Assembly: GCA_033763455.1 (NCBI GenBank)
Contig: JANRKO010000006.1
Coordinates: forward strand, 640,001-704,000
DNA length: 64,000 bases
Source of the DNA: Polyangiaceae bacterium
Lineage (GTDB): Bacteria > Myxococcota_A > Polyangia > Polyangiales > Polyangiaceae
Direction: 5' to 3'
Shown here: positions 39,254 through 48,212 of the stretch, piece by piece
Layout of the letters: each line of letters opens with the position of its first letter
How positions within the stretch are numbered: the first letter of the stretch is position 1
Program-made: the position numbers and the translations under genes
The notes under the pieces: model-generated
Seen by the model: the letters and a program-made list of their open reading frames with translations, nothing else
Database searches by the model: none
What the model was told of the DNA's origin: nothing

Positions 39254-39577
39254 CTACTTCTTGTCTGACGTTACCGGCGGGGGCGGGTGCGAGTGAGCCG
39301 TTGAGGACGCACCTTCTTGAAAAGAGAGCTTCGAGGCCTCCTGATAGAGCGTCTTGGCGCCAGGTGCGGTGGCATCTTTGCGCATGATTTGTACCAGGCG
39401 TTGCATGGCTACGCCCGGGGGCAGGGAACCATCGCGCAAGCCGAGCTTGATGCGAGTGATGGTGAAGCTCTCGTCGTCGGTTTCGATAGTACTCAGGGCG
39501 GAACGCGCCTGCTCGTAGGCTGCGTGCTCAATGAGCTCGTCGATGTCGGCAGGGCTGAGGGTTGTCTTTTGACCCAT
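39254..39577 (-). CDS. Hypothetical protein
   Basis: Compact helical ORF filling the gap after fni; TACGCT 7 nt before the ATG; ends SHPPPP. Confidence 0.55.
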   Translation of the reverse strand: MGQKTTLSPADIDELIEHAAYEQARSALSTIETDDESFTITRIKLGLRDGSLPPGVAMQRLVQIMRKDATAPGAKTLYQEASKLSFQEGASSTAHSHPPPPVTSDKK

Positions 39578-39851
39578 TTGCACAAGCGTAACAGCTAAGT
39601 GAGGCTTCTGCCTTCAAGTTCTACGCGTGTCCGTTGGGGAAGATTGGCCTTCCGGCCAACCTTCGAGTGGGAGGATGTAGTACGAGGCGGAGTCCTTAAG
39701 CGACTCGACGGAGGTGCCGCATGTCCTTCTGTGCATCGATTGTTGGCAACCTTGGTTCTACTCGCCCAGTGCCAAGGGTGACTTTGCGGCGACACGTGGT
39801 ACCGTCGATTTTTGGCGGTTGAAACCAACGTGATGGATCGGAAACATCAGG

Positions 39852-40703
39852 ATGGCAGATTCTCGCAGGTCCACGAACACTCCCAGCGGCAGCCCACCAC
39901 CAGATCTCGACCGCGAGCGCGAGGAATTGCTACGTAGCTTTTCGGCGGGTCAGCGGCTAACGGAGGAATTTGTGACGGAGCATGAGCGCCTACAGCACAG
40001 GCTAAGAGAGCTTGAGCAAGAAAACGCGGGGCTTCGGGCGAAGGTGGAAACGGACGAAGCCGTGAGAGAGCTCTTGGCTAAAATCCAGGAGCTTGAGGCT
40101 GAAAAAGGCGATCTCCTGTCGCGCTTTCGGCATGCCGAGGCCGTAGGATCCGAATTCGGGGCTCAGGCACGCGAGGTGGAAAGTGAATTTGCCAACCTGG
40201 CAAACCTCTTCGTGGCCTCCAACCAAATCCACTCGAGCCTTTCGCCCCGAGGGGTAACGCGACGGATCAAAGAAGTCTTGGCTCAGCTTGTGGGCGCTGA
40301 GCGTTACTGCATGTACCTTGCCAATGCCGACGAAACTGAGCTGGTCCCCGTCGCCTCCGAGGGCGTGCCCAGTGGTGCGCTCGCGCCGGTCACCATCGAC
40401 GAAGGGCCGATTGGCCAGGTGTTTCGGTCGCTGGTGGCGTCAGTTAACGAAGAGCGTGACGCGTGCTTGGGCTCAATAGCCGAGCCTGCCGCGGTGATCC
40501 CCCTCACGGTGGACGACAAGATCGTTGGGGTCATCGCGATTTTCGCGACTCTGGCCCAAAAGAAACGATTTTCCACGATCGACTTTGAATTGTTCAAGCT
40601 CCTGGGGCAGCATGCGGCGGCGGCGCTAGTAAGTGCCAGCCTCTTTGTGCAAGCGGAGCGTAGGTTACCGGGGCTTGAAGCATTTATGGATCTCAGCGTC
40701 TGA
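39852..40703 (+). CDS. Coiled-coil plus GAF domain protein
   Basis: N-terminal coiled coil; LANLFVASNQIH; VIPL..DDKIVGVIAI..DFELFKLLG GAF pattern. Confidence 0.8.
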   Translation: MADSRRSTNTPSGSPPPDLDREREELLRSFSAGQRLTEEFVTEHERLQHRLRELEQENAGLRAKVETDEAVRELLAKIQELEAEKGDLLSRFRHAEAVGSEFGAQAREVESEFANLANLFVASNQIHSSLSPRGVTRRIKEVLAQLVGAERYCMYLANADETELVPVASEGVPSGALAPVTIDEGPIGQVFRSLVASVNEERDACLGSIAEPAAVIPLTVDDKIVGVIAIFATLAQKKRFSTIDFELFKLLGQHAAAALVSASLFVQAERRLPGLEAFMDLSV

Positions 40704-40711
40704 GCGTAAAC

Positions 40712-41089
40712 ATGGCTGAATACTCCTGTTTGATAGTCGAAGATTCGCCGATGATGCGCCAGCTCCTGGTGTTTGCGTTGGCGCGGGTTAAGAACCTTAA
40801 AGTTACCGAGGCGGACGACGGTGTAGATGGACTCCGGAAGCTCGCCGCTGCGCGTTTTGACATCATTGTAACGGATATCAACATGCCCATCATGGATGGG
40901 CTGAAGCTGGTGAAGCGAGTCCGCACCGATCCGGTGCACAAAGAGACGCCGATTATTGTCATCACGACCGAAGGCTCACAGGAAGATCGCCAGCGAGCGC
41001 TCCAGCTGGGCGCCAATGCCTACATTACCAAGCCAATTCAGGCTCCGCAGGTCATTGCTACCGTCAAGGAACTCCTCAAGATCGAGTGA
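40712..41089 (+). CDS. CheY-like single-domain response regulator
   Basis: LIVEDS, TDINMP.MDG, ITTEG, YITKP. Confidence 0.93.
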   Translation: MAEYSCLIVEDSPMMRQLLVFALARVKNLKVTEADDGVDGLRKLAAARFDIIVTDINMPIMDGLKLVKRVRTDPVHKETPIIVITTEGSQEDRQRALQLGANAYITKPIQAPQVIATVKELLKIE

Positions 41090-41108
41090 GCTGCGCTAAA
41101 GAGGAACG

Positions 41109-41762
41109 GTGAGCGATTCGCCGTCCCCTTTGTGGATCAAGGTCTGTGGAGTTACCACGCTCGAAGACGCAGAGGCGGCCTTTGCATTGGGAGCGGATGC
41201 GGTTGGCATCAACCTGATCCCCACCTCCAAGCGGGCCGTGCCCCTTGATGAAGCACTGCGCCTGTCTTATGCCCTCGGTCGATCGGAATCGACTGTGTTC
41301 GTTGTGGCAAATCTTAGCGCTCTCGCCCTCGGTGAGCTGCGCACCCAAGTGGGGGACGCCTGGCTGCAGCTTCATGGGGAGGAGCCGCGGGAGGACCTCC
41401 TTGGCGTGCTACCTCGCGCGTACAAGGCGCTGCCGATCGAGTCGCAAACGGACGTCGAGAACGCAGCAAGCTGGCCGGGGGAACGGTTGCTTTTGGATGC
41501 GAAGGTTGGGGGTGCCTTTGGGGGTACGGGTCAGGCGTTTGATTGGAGCTTAGTGGTTGGGCTGGCGCGCTCGCGCCCACTGGTACTCGCGGGAGGCTTG
41601 AATCCAGGCAACGTGGCGGAAGCCGTGCAGCGGGTGCGGCCCTTTGGTGTGGATGTCGCGAGTGGAGTGGAAGTGGGGGGGGCACCTCGTCGGAAAGATC
41701 TTTCCAAAGTGGCTCACTTCATTCAAGCAGCGCGTGCTGCGCACGCTGCGGTGCGACCTTGA
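41109..41762 (+). CDS. trpF: Phosphoribosylanthranilate isomerase
   Basis: IKVCGVT, QLHGEE, GGTGQAFDW, LAGGLNPGNV, GVDVASGVE. Confidence 0.95.
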   Translation: MSDSPSPLWIKVCGVTTLEDAEAAFALGADAVGINLIPTSKRAVPLDEALRLSYALGRSESTVFVVANLSALALGELRTQVGDAWLQLHGEEPREDLLGVLPRAYKALPIESQTDVENAASWPGERLLLDAKVGGAFGGTGQAFDWSLVVGLARSRPLVLAGGLNPGNVAEAVQRVRPFGVDVASGVEVGGAPRRKDLSKVAHFIQAARAAHAAVRP

Positions 41763-42283
41763 AACGCTTGCTCTGGTGTTGGCCTGCTGTTGCCATGCTT
41801 GGCTGCGCGGGGCCTTCATGGCGCGGAGCTCGGCTCGCTCTCGGCTCCGACTACGCGCTTGCGAGCGAGGCGTCCGTCACCTGGCGTGTCGTTGACTGCC
41901 GGGATGGAAAAGGTCGGCCAGCGGTGAGCCCCCCTGTGGCCGAGGTTACCGTTGGCAAGCAAGGGTCAAAGTTTCAGTTGCTCACGCATGATGTGGGGGG
42001 GGCCCTGGTATTTGATCAGCACCAAAAAAGCGATGGGTTCAGCGTCTTTCGGGCGCTCATCAACGACGTTTTCCTGGAATTTCGGTTGCCGGAAACGCTT
42101 CTGGGCGTGGGGCAGATGCTCCAGGGCCGTGCGGGCGTTGATAGAACATTCGACGATGGCAGCTTTGCCGTGAGAAACGTCGAGGCTCGCACTGAGTGCA
42201 CATTGCTTCCGGTGCAAAGGCGCGCCCCACTTTTGGTGGCCGCTCCGCCGGGCCAAGCGAGCAAAGACACCGCTCAGAAGTGA
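41759..42283 (+). CDS. Hypothetical lipoprotein
   Basis: TTG start overlapping the trpF stop; MKRLLWCWPAVAMLGC lipobox. Confidence 0.55.
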   Translation: MKRLLWCWPAVAMLGCAGPSWRGARLALGSDYALASEASVTWRVVDCRDGKGRPAVSPPVAEVTVGKQGSKFQLLTHDVGGALVFDQHQKSDGFSVFRALINDVFLEFRLPETLLGVGQMLQGRAGVDRTFDDGSFAVRNVEARTECTLLPVQRRAPLLVAAPPGQASKDTAQK

Positions 42284-42377
42284 CACCAAGGCGTTCGGGC
42301 GGGGTCTGGATACAAAACTGGCGCATTAGGGTTCTCGTGGCTAAAACCGGGGGATAGCCCGTTTTCTTTTCGTCCTT

Positions 42378-42641
42378 GTGTTGCTCCTAAGCGTGGTCTT
42401 GCTGCTGCGGCCAAAGCGCCGTCTACGTCCGCGGACAACGCACGTGCCTGCACCTAACGTGGCGAATATGACACGCGCGGAGGCTCTCTCTGTATTAGGG
42501 CTCAAAGAAGGCGCCACTCGAGCTGACATTGCGCGTGAGTACAAGCGCCTCATGCTGAAAGTTCATCCGGACCACGGCGGCTCAGAATACCTCGCTGCGA
42601 AATTGAATCAGGCGCGCGATCTTCTCACTCGTCGTACCTAG
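42378..42641 (+). CDS. Small membrane-anchored J-domain (DnaJ-like) protein
   Basis: MTRAEALSVLGL...HPDHGGSEYLAAKLNQARD, a Pam18/Tim14-type J domain. Confidence 0.85.
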   Translation: MLLLSVVLLLRPKRRLRPRTTHVPAPNVANMTRAEALSVLGLKEGATRADIAREYKRLMLKVHPDHGGSEYLAAKLNQARDLLTRRT

Positions 42642-42803
42642 CAACACTCCGGCCGCTGTGTTTCGCGCAAGTATCCGGAGCGGGCGTTGTTTGTCCGGGC
42701 GGTGTGAGCGAACTAAAATGTAACCGTTGTGTTTGGGGGGCTGGCTGAGTACCTTTGCTGGTTGAGGAGGACTTCGGAGTCCACGGGGATTTCGCGGTGG
42801 TGT

Positions 42804-43070
42804 ATGGAACAAGTTGAATTAGATCCGGGCGCGCTTCTAGAGCTCGCGCGCTACAAGATGCCCTTTGGGCGGTTTTCGGGGCGCTATCTCAAGGACATCC
42901 CAGAGGAGTACTTATTGTGGCTCTTGCGTCGCGATGGGCTCTCACAGCATTTGCTCGAACGCGTGCGCTCAATGTTGGCAATCAAGGAAAATGGGTTTGA
43001 GCGGCTGCTTGATCCGCTCTGTCCGCCGGCCGAAGGCGGTGCTGTCCGCGGCCGGGCGAGCGGGCCCTGA
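42804..43070 (+). CDS. DUF3820-family protein
   Basis: KMPFGRFSGRYL.DIPEEYLLW...IKENG..LL.PL. Confidence 0.8.
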   Translation: MEQVELDPGALLELARYKMPFGRFSGRYLKDIPEEYLLWLLRRDGLSQHLLERVRSMLAIKENGFERLLDPLCPPAEGGAVRGRASGP

Positions 43071-43142
43071 CACACGGCGTCGATCGGGTCAGGAGCCTAT
43101 TTTTTCACTTGAATCAGCGCTCCGCCGGTGTACACTGAACGC

Positions 43143-43406
43143 ATGAGCAGTGCAGAAGAAGAAGTGGTTTGTCCGGTAAATTACGACGAAGAGCCGTTGG
43201 TGGAGCTCCCTTCGGGAGATCGACTGTATCGCCTGGATCCGGCGCTTGGCGGCAGCACGCTGGGCTTGTCGCAGAGAGGGCCGGGCAGCTGGCAGTGGCA
43301 ATACATTGCCGAGCTCAAGTGGGACGGCACAACACTGCGCTCCAGGGCGGTGGAGCGTCAGCTCCTCGAGCAGCTCGGGCGCGCCTTGGCCGAAGCGGCG
43401 TTGTAG
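43143..43406 (+). CDS. Hypothetical protein
   Basis: ORF with natural-looking composition preceded by TTGAAT-N16-TACACT, 6 nt before the ATG. Confidence 0.55.
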   Translation: MSSAEEEVVCPVNYDEEPLVELPSGDRLYRLDPALGGSTLGLSQRGPGSWQWQYIAELKWDGTTLRSRAVERQLLEQLGRALAEAAL

Positions 43407-43480
43407 CGGGCTTGGGGTAGTGCGAACGCGCTAGCCACGGTGGGCAGCAAAACGGGATAGTGCGCGCACGCGCAAGATTG

Positions 43481-44128
43481 TTAATCTGAATCGGCGTTAA
43501 GCGGAACAACAAACTGCTCCACGTGGATACCCGTAGCGGTGGTGTGAATGATGGTGGCGTCGGCGTAGCCGCCACCGGGAGCTTCACCAACGGAGCCCAC
43601 GTTCACTATGCGCACGTCTTCGACACTTCGATCGAAGGGTTGGTGGCTGCCGCCGCAAATCACGAGGTCGAAAGGGTGGTCGCCGAGCGCCGCGAGCAGC
43701 TCTTCGTCGCTCATGTCGGGCGATAGGGATTCGCTGGGGTCGCTTGGGCAGCCGTGCACCATGATGAGCGTGTGGCCGCTCTCAAGGGGCAGCTGAGCAA
43801 TCGGTGGTAGGAGCCTCAGCCGGGTGACGATGATTTCTCCGAGTTCCGCGTGGACTGACCGTAGGCGCTCGAGGCGGTCCCGTTGGCGTTCATCGCTCGG
43901 GTTCAGTGTGTTGGGGTCCAAGAGAGCGACGGCGCGATCGGTTAGCCCCTGAACGCACACGGCCTTGTGGCTCACCAAGAGCTTCCACACGTCCAGGGGT
44001 CGAGGGCCAGGAAAACACAGATCCCCACAGACCAGCAGCTGGTCGAAGCCGCGTTCGTTGGCCTCGGCGAGCACCGCTTCCAATGCGTCAGCGTGGCCGT
44101 GGATGTCAGAGATGCAGAGAAATCGCAT
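43481..44128 (-). CDS. Metallophosphoesterase family protein (YfcE-like, divergent)
   Basis: ISDIHG, CGDL, VHG, NVGSVG; GLTD and GSH replace the usual GNHD and GHTH. Confidence 0.85.
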   Translation of the reverse strand: MRFLCISDIHGHADALEAVLAEANERGFDQLLVCGDLCFPGPRPLDVWKLLVSHKAVCVQGLTDRAVALLDPNTLNPSDERQRDRLERLRSVHAELGEIIVTRLRLLPPIAQLPLESGHTLIMVHGCPSDPSESLSPDMSDEELLAALGDHPFDLVICGGSHQPFDRSVEDVRIVNVGSVGEAPGGGYADATIIHTTATGIHVEQFVVPLNADSD

Positions 44129-44182
44129 AGGCTTCGGCAGGGCTTATTGCCGAACTCGCCTTTCACCGCAAGCGGCGTGATC

Positions 44183-45181
44183 CTACGGTATTACATAGCC
44201 TGCGGTAACGGCGATGAGCGCCGGCCCGTCGCTTTGCACCACTTCGAAATCGATTCCGTTGGAAGAGCGCTCCAGCTTGCCATCTTTTGCGCGCACGGTG
44301 ACGTTCTCAAGGGTAACTTGGGATATGGACGTGAATCTGTCAGTGCAATCTTTGGTCTCCTTGAACTGACCGTTGCAGTAAGCAATGTCTGGATCCTGGT
44401 GGCCGCTGCTCACTTTGGCCCAGTTCATGCCGTCAGTGGAGCTCCACCAATTGCCAGGATTGGTGGCCGTCATGAAGATCCCTTCCCCAAAAGCCAAGGA
44501 ACGGCTGGCTTCCGTCATTAGGTCACCCCCGGGTTGCCAGGCGTGACCGTCGGTGGAGTACGCCGAGTACCCGTAGCCGCCGGTTGCAACCCAACGTTCC
44601 CCGCTGAAGCGGATGCCTTGAAGCCATTGGTTCTGAGGGTTCACTTCTTGGTGCCAGGTGATGCCATCCGCTGAAGAGTGGATTTGCCAACCAACCGCTA
44701 CGAATAACCCCTTGCCGAAGGCTACACCGCGCAGAAGAAATTCGTCATCGCCCCCACCACCGAGCGTCTGATCGTTGTTCCAGGTTATCCCGAGGTCGAC
44801 TGATCGTACCCGGCGTCCAGCATATCCCACGGCCACCCAAGTGAGCTGGCCTTCCGGTGCTTGGACGACCGGAGCTCCTGCTGCCCCACCGGAGGGTGCT
44901 TGCCCGTTGGTACCGCCCGCGTTCGAGGACGCACCGGCGCTATTTGCCGCCGCGCCACCCGTTGCCGTGTGAGTGCCTCCGGTGCTCCTGCCGCCGGTTC
45001 CTCCGCCCGGGTTCACGCCGCCGCTGCCTTGGTTCGAAATGACGGCCTTTCCCCCCACCGAAGTACCAGGCGAACCACCCGAGGCGCCGCCCCCACTTGC
45101 GGGTCCGGTCATCCTCGCGCCGGGGGTCGAGCTACAGGCCGCGAGCAGTAAGAGTGCCAACGTCGGCGAGTGGTGCTTCAT
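44183..45181 (-). CDS. Lipoprotein with Gly-rich linker and beta-propeller-like (S.DG..W) repeats
   Basis: LAAC lipobox; repeated SVDLGITW / SADGITW / STDGHAW / STDGMNW Asp-box-like motifs. Confidence 0.65.
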   Translation of the reverse strand: MKHHSPTLALLLLAACSSTPGARMTGPASGGGASGGSPGTSVGGKAVISNQGSGGVNPGGGTGGRSTGGTHTATGGAAANSAGASSNAGGTNGQAPSGGAAGAPVVQAPEGQLTWVAVGYAGRRVRSVDLGITWNNDQTLGGGGDDEFLLRGVAFGKGLFVAVGWQIHSSADGITWHQEVNPQNQWLQGIRFSGERWVATGGYGYSAYSTDGHAWQPGGDLMTEASRSLAFGEGIFMTATNPGNWWSSTDGMNWAKVSSGHQDPDIAYCNGQFKETKDCTDRFTSISQVTLENVTVRAKDGKLERSSNGIDFEVVQSDGPALIAVTAGYVIP

Positions 45182-45258
45182 GGCTCAACAAGTGGCTCAA
45201 ACACATCCGGGTGGTCCAAAATAGAGCGTTGGTCAGGCAATATTGGTAATAGCCGCCA

Positions 45259-48189
45259 ATGCCCCCGACCTTCGCGCTACTCGATCTCGCGCGACGCATC
45301 GATCCGGAGCGAGTGGATGCCTTGAGTGACGAGTTTAGCGCTTCGCCCAGTTGCGGCTTGGCGGTGGTGCTCGCCGCTTGCCTCCCCGCCATGACTCCAG
45401 ACGTGCCATGGAAGCTCGCAGCTCTTGAAATGCTGCAGTCCGAAGATCTCGCGGTTCCGAGGCGAGCTTCAGGCATGAGTGTTCGGCTCTTAGAAGCCCT
45501 GCAAAATGGCGGCGACGAGCGAACGCAATTGTCGCTTCTGCGTCGATCGGTCTGGGCGGAGAAGGCGCGCATCGCGCTGCGTGAGATCTTACCGGTGGAG
45601 CTTGGTGGAGCCACGGTGGAAACCACGGCTGCTGAATTGAGCCGCCTGGCGGAGGCGTTGCTCCAGGTAGTGCTTCAACATGTGAAAGCAAGCCTGAGCC
45701 CTCGCTTGATTCAGCCCGTGCAGCGTTCAGGCGTGGTCTCGGAGCTGGTGGTATTCGGCATGGGAAAGCTTGGCGGGGACGAGCTCAATGCGGGCTCGGA
45801 CATCGATCTCATCTTTTTCTACGATGCCGATGAGGCTGATGGCCCCCTCTCGGCACACGAATACTGGACGCGCGTCGTGCGACGAGTTGTCGCTATCATC
45901 GACGAAAGTACAGAAGATGGTCGCTTGTGGCGGGTGGATTTGCGCTTGCGGCCAGAGGGATCGCTTGGCCCGCTGGTGAATTCCATTGCGGCAGCTGATA
46001 GGTATTATGAAACCTGGGGCCGCCTCTGGGAACGCTCGGCACTCCTGCGCTCGCGCGCAATTGCCGGAGACCCTTCGCTCGCTGAGGTGTTAGAGCGTGA
46101 GGTGATCTTGCCGTTTGTTTTTCGACGGGAGGTGGACCCTGGGGTTGCAACGGCTCTAGCCGAGATGCTGCAGCGTTCTCGTGCTGAGTTGTCGCGCGAT
46201 GCGGCCAGGGATCTGAAGCTTGGTCCGGGTGGCATTCGCGAAGCGGAGTTCTTCATTCAGTCGTTGCAGCTCATTTGGGGTGGGCGAGAGCTGAGCCTTA
46301 GAGTTCCCGGTTCGCTTCCGGCCTTGCAGCGGCTGCGGGCTTTGGGGCTCGTTTCTGACAAGGAAGCGAACGATGTAAGCACGGCGTATCTATTCTTGCG
46401 CACTGTTGAGCATCGTATTCAGTGGATGAGCGGGCTCCAGACCCATTTGTTGCCGGAGAGCCCCGGAGAGCTCCTGCGCCTGGCTCGGGGCTTGAACTTT
46501 GAAAGCGTTGAGTCCTTTCGCTTGGCCGTAGCGGACGCGCGGACGCGCGTTTCGGAGAGCTTCGCGAGCCTTTTGCCCCAAGCTCCCCGACCTCCAACTC
46601 GGCACCTAGAACTATTCGCGAAACTCGACGAAGGGGCGGGAGATCTTGCTCAAACGTGTGCAGATCTGTTTGGCGATCCCGAGGTGGCTGATCATTTGAC
46701 GGCGCTTGCCCGACGTCCAGATGGCTTGCTCGGGCAGCTCACCCGTGAACGCCTCCTGGACGTGCCGGATCAGGTGCTGGACGCGCTCGTGCAGTGCGCC
46801 AATCCACCTCAAGCGGCAGTGCTATTGCGCGCTTTTTTTGCCCGCTTTCAGTCGCCTTTGAGTTACCTACTTTCCCTCCGGAGGGATCCGCTTTCCCTGC
46901 GGCGTTTGGTGCGCATGTTGGGCGCCAGTGAGTTTGTGGGAAGAGCCGTGGCGATGCATCCGGACCTTGCCGACACTGTAATGTTCGGCGGCGGGCGAGT
47001 GACAGGCCCTGGCGTGGCAATCGCTGCTGAGCTCGACCAAGCCCAGATCCTCCCACCCGAGGCACCCGATGCCTACGAGCGGAGAAGCGAGTTCGTTTCG
47101 GCGCTTAGGCGAGCCAAGCAGCGCACGATGGTGGAAGTGGCCGTCTCGGATCTTGGAGGCCAGCTCTCTTTGAGGCAGATGACGCGAGTACTTTCGGAGC
47201 TCGCAGAAGAACAACTGCGGGCGGCGCTTGAGTTTGAGCTTGGGCAGCCGGTACGTGGTTTGGCTGTGATTGCCGTAGGAAAGCTGGGTGGGCGTGATAT
47301 CGGGTATGCATCCGATCTAGATGTACTGTTCATTTTTGATCCGGCCTGTGCGCCTCCGGGGCAAGACCCCACTGAATTCTTCGTAAAGCGTGCACAGCGC
47401 GTCATTCGTTTGGTATCTGATCCAGATCCTTCAGGGCCAGGGTATGAACTGGACACTCGGCTTCGCCCCTCCGGCTCTCAAGGCATGTTGGTCACTAGCT
47501 TGGAGTCTTTCGCTCGCTACCATGGTGTGGACCTGGGCTCTGTTCGTCCAGGCGGGGCGCAGCCAGCGGTCCTTTCGTCGGGGGCAAGTTGGGAGAGGCT
47601 AGCGCTGATCCGTGCTCGTTTCTGTGCGGGTGATGCCGCACTTGGAGGCCGGGTCATGCAAGTCGCGGAACGTGCGGCGTACGATCTTGGGCCGCCTTCA
47701 GTGGAAGAGATCCATCATCTGCGCGGGCGCATGCAGCGTGAACTGGGCCGCGAAACAGCGTCGCGCTTCGACTTCAAGGTGGGGCGAGGAGGGCTTTTGG
47801 ACGTGGAGTTTGCTGCGCAATGGCTCCAAATGGCGCATGGGCGGGACGTTCATATTCGTACTCCGGATACCAATTTGGCGCTCAGGCGCCTGCGCGACGC
47901 TGGATATTTGGCTCGGCATCACTATGAAGCGCTGCGGGAGGGTTATCGATTCTTGCGTTTCTTGGAACAACGTACCCACGTTCACTCAGGCCAGAGCTCG
48001 TGCGCGATTGATGTAAGGGATCCTTACAAGCTCACCCAATTGGCTCGGCGCATGGAGTTCCACACGGGCCCTGGACTTTCCAAAGGGTCCGAGCTGCTTC
48101 TTCGCTACCGCGCGGTTACAGGCTCCGTGCGCCAGGCCTACTTGGAGGTTCTTGGCGTATCCGAGGTGCCTTTCGGAGGGGCCAAGTAG
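45259..48189 (+). CDS. glnE: Bifunctional glutamine synthetase adenylyltransferase / adenylyl-removing enzyme
   Basis: Two nucleotidyltransferase halves: GKLGGDELNAGSDIDL..DLRLRPEG and GKLGGRDIGYASDLDV..DTRLRPSG. Confidence 0.93.
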   Translation: MPPTFALLDLARRIDPERVDALSDEFSASPSCGLAVVLAACLPAMTPDVPWKLAALEMLQSEDLAVPRRASGMSVRLLEALQNGGDERTQLSLLRRSVWAEKARIALREILPVELGGATVETTAAELSRLAEALLQVVLQHVKASLSPRLIQPVQRSGVVSELVVFGMGKLGGDELNAGSDIDLIFFYDADEADGPLSAHEYWTRVVRRVVAIIDESTEDGRLWRVDLRLRPEGSLGPLVNSIAAADRYYETWGRLWERSALLRSRAIAGDPSLAEVLEREVILPFVFRREVDPGVATALAEMLQRSRAELSRDAARDLKLGPGGIREAEFFIQSLQLIWGGRELSLRVPGSLPALQRLRALGLVSDKEANDVSTAYLFLRTVEHRIQWMSGLQTHLLPESPGELLRLARGLNFESVESFRLAVADARTRVSESFASLLPQAPRPPTRHLELFAKLDEGAGDLAQTCADLFGDPEVADHLTALARRPDGLLGQLTRERLLDVPDQVLDALVQCANPPQAAVLLRAFFARFQSPLSYLLSLRRDPLSLRRLVRMLGASEFVGRAVAMHPDLADTVMFGGGRVTGPGVAIAAELDQAQILPPEAPDAYERRSEFVSALRRAKQRTMVEVAVSDLGGQLSLRQMTRVLSELAEEQLRAALEFELGQPVRGLAVIAVGKLGGRDIGYASDLDVLFIFDPACAPPGQDPTEFFVKRAQRVIRLVSDPDPSGPGYELDTRLRPSGSQGMLVTSLESFARYHGVDLGSVRPGGAQPAVLSSGASWERLALIRARFCAGDAALGGRVMQVAERAAYDLGPPSVEEIHHLRGRMQRELGRETASRFDFKVGRGGLLDVEFAAQWLQMAHGRDVHIRTPDTNLALRRLRDAGYLARHHYEALREGYRFLRFLEQRTHVHSGQSSCAIDVRDPYKLTQLARRMEFHTGPGLSKGSELLLRYRAVTGSVRQAYLEVLGVSEVPFGGAK

Positions 48190-48212
48190 TCCGACGCTGG
48201 TATGAGATCGCC

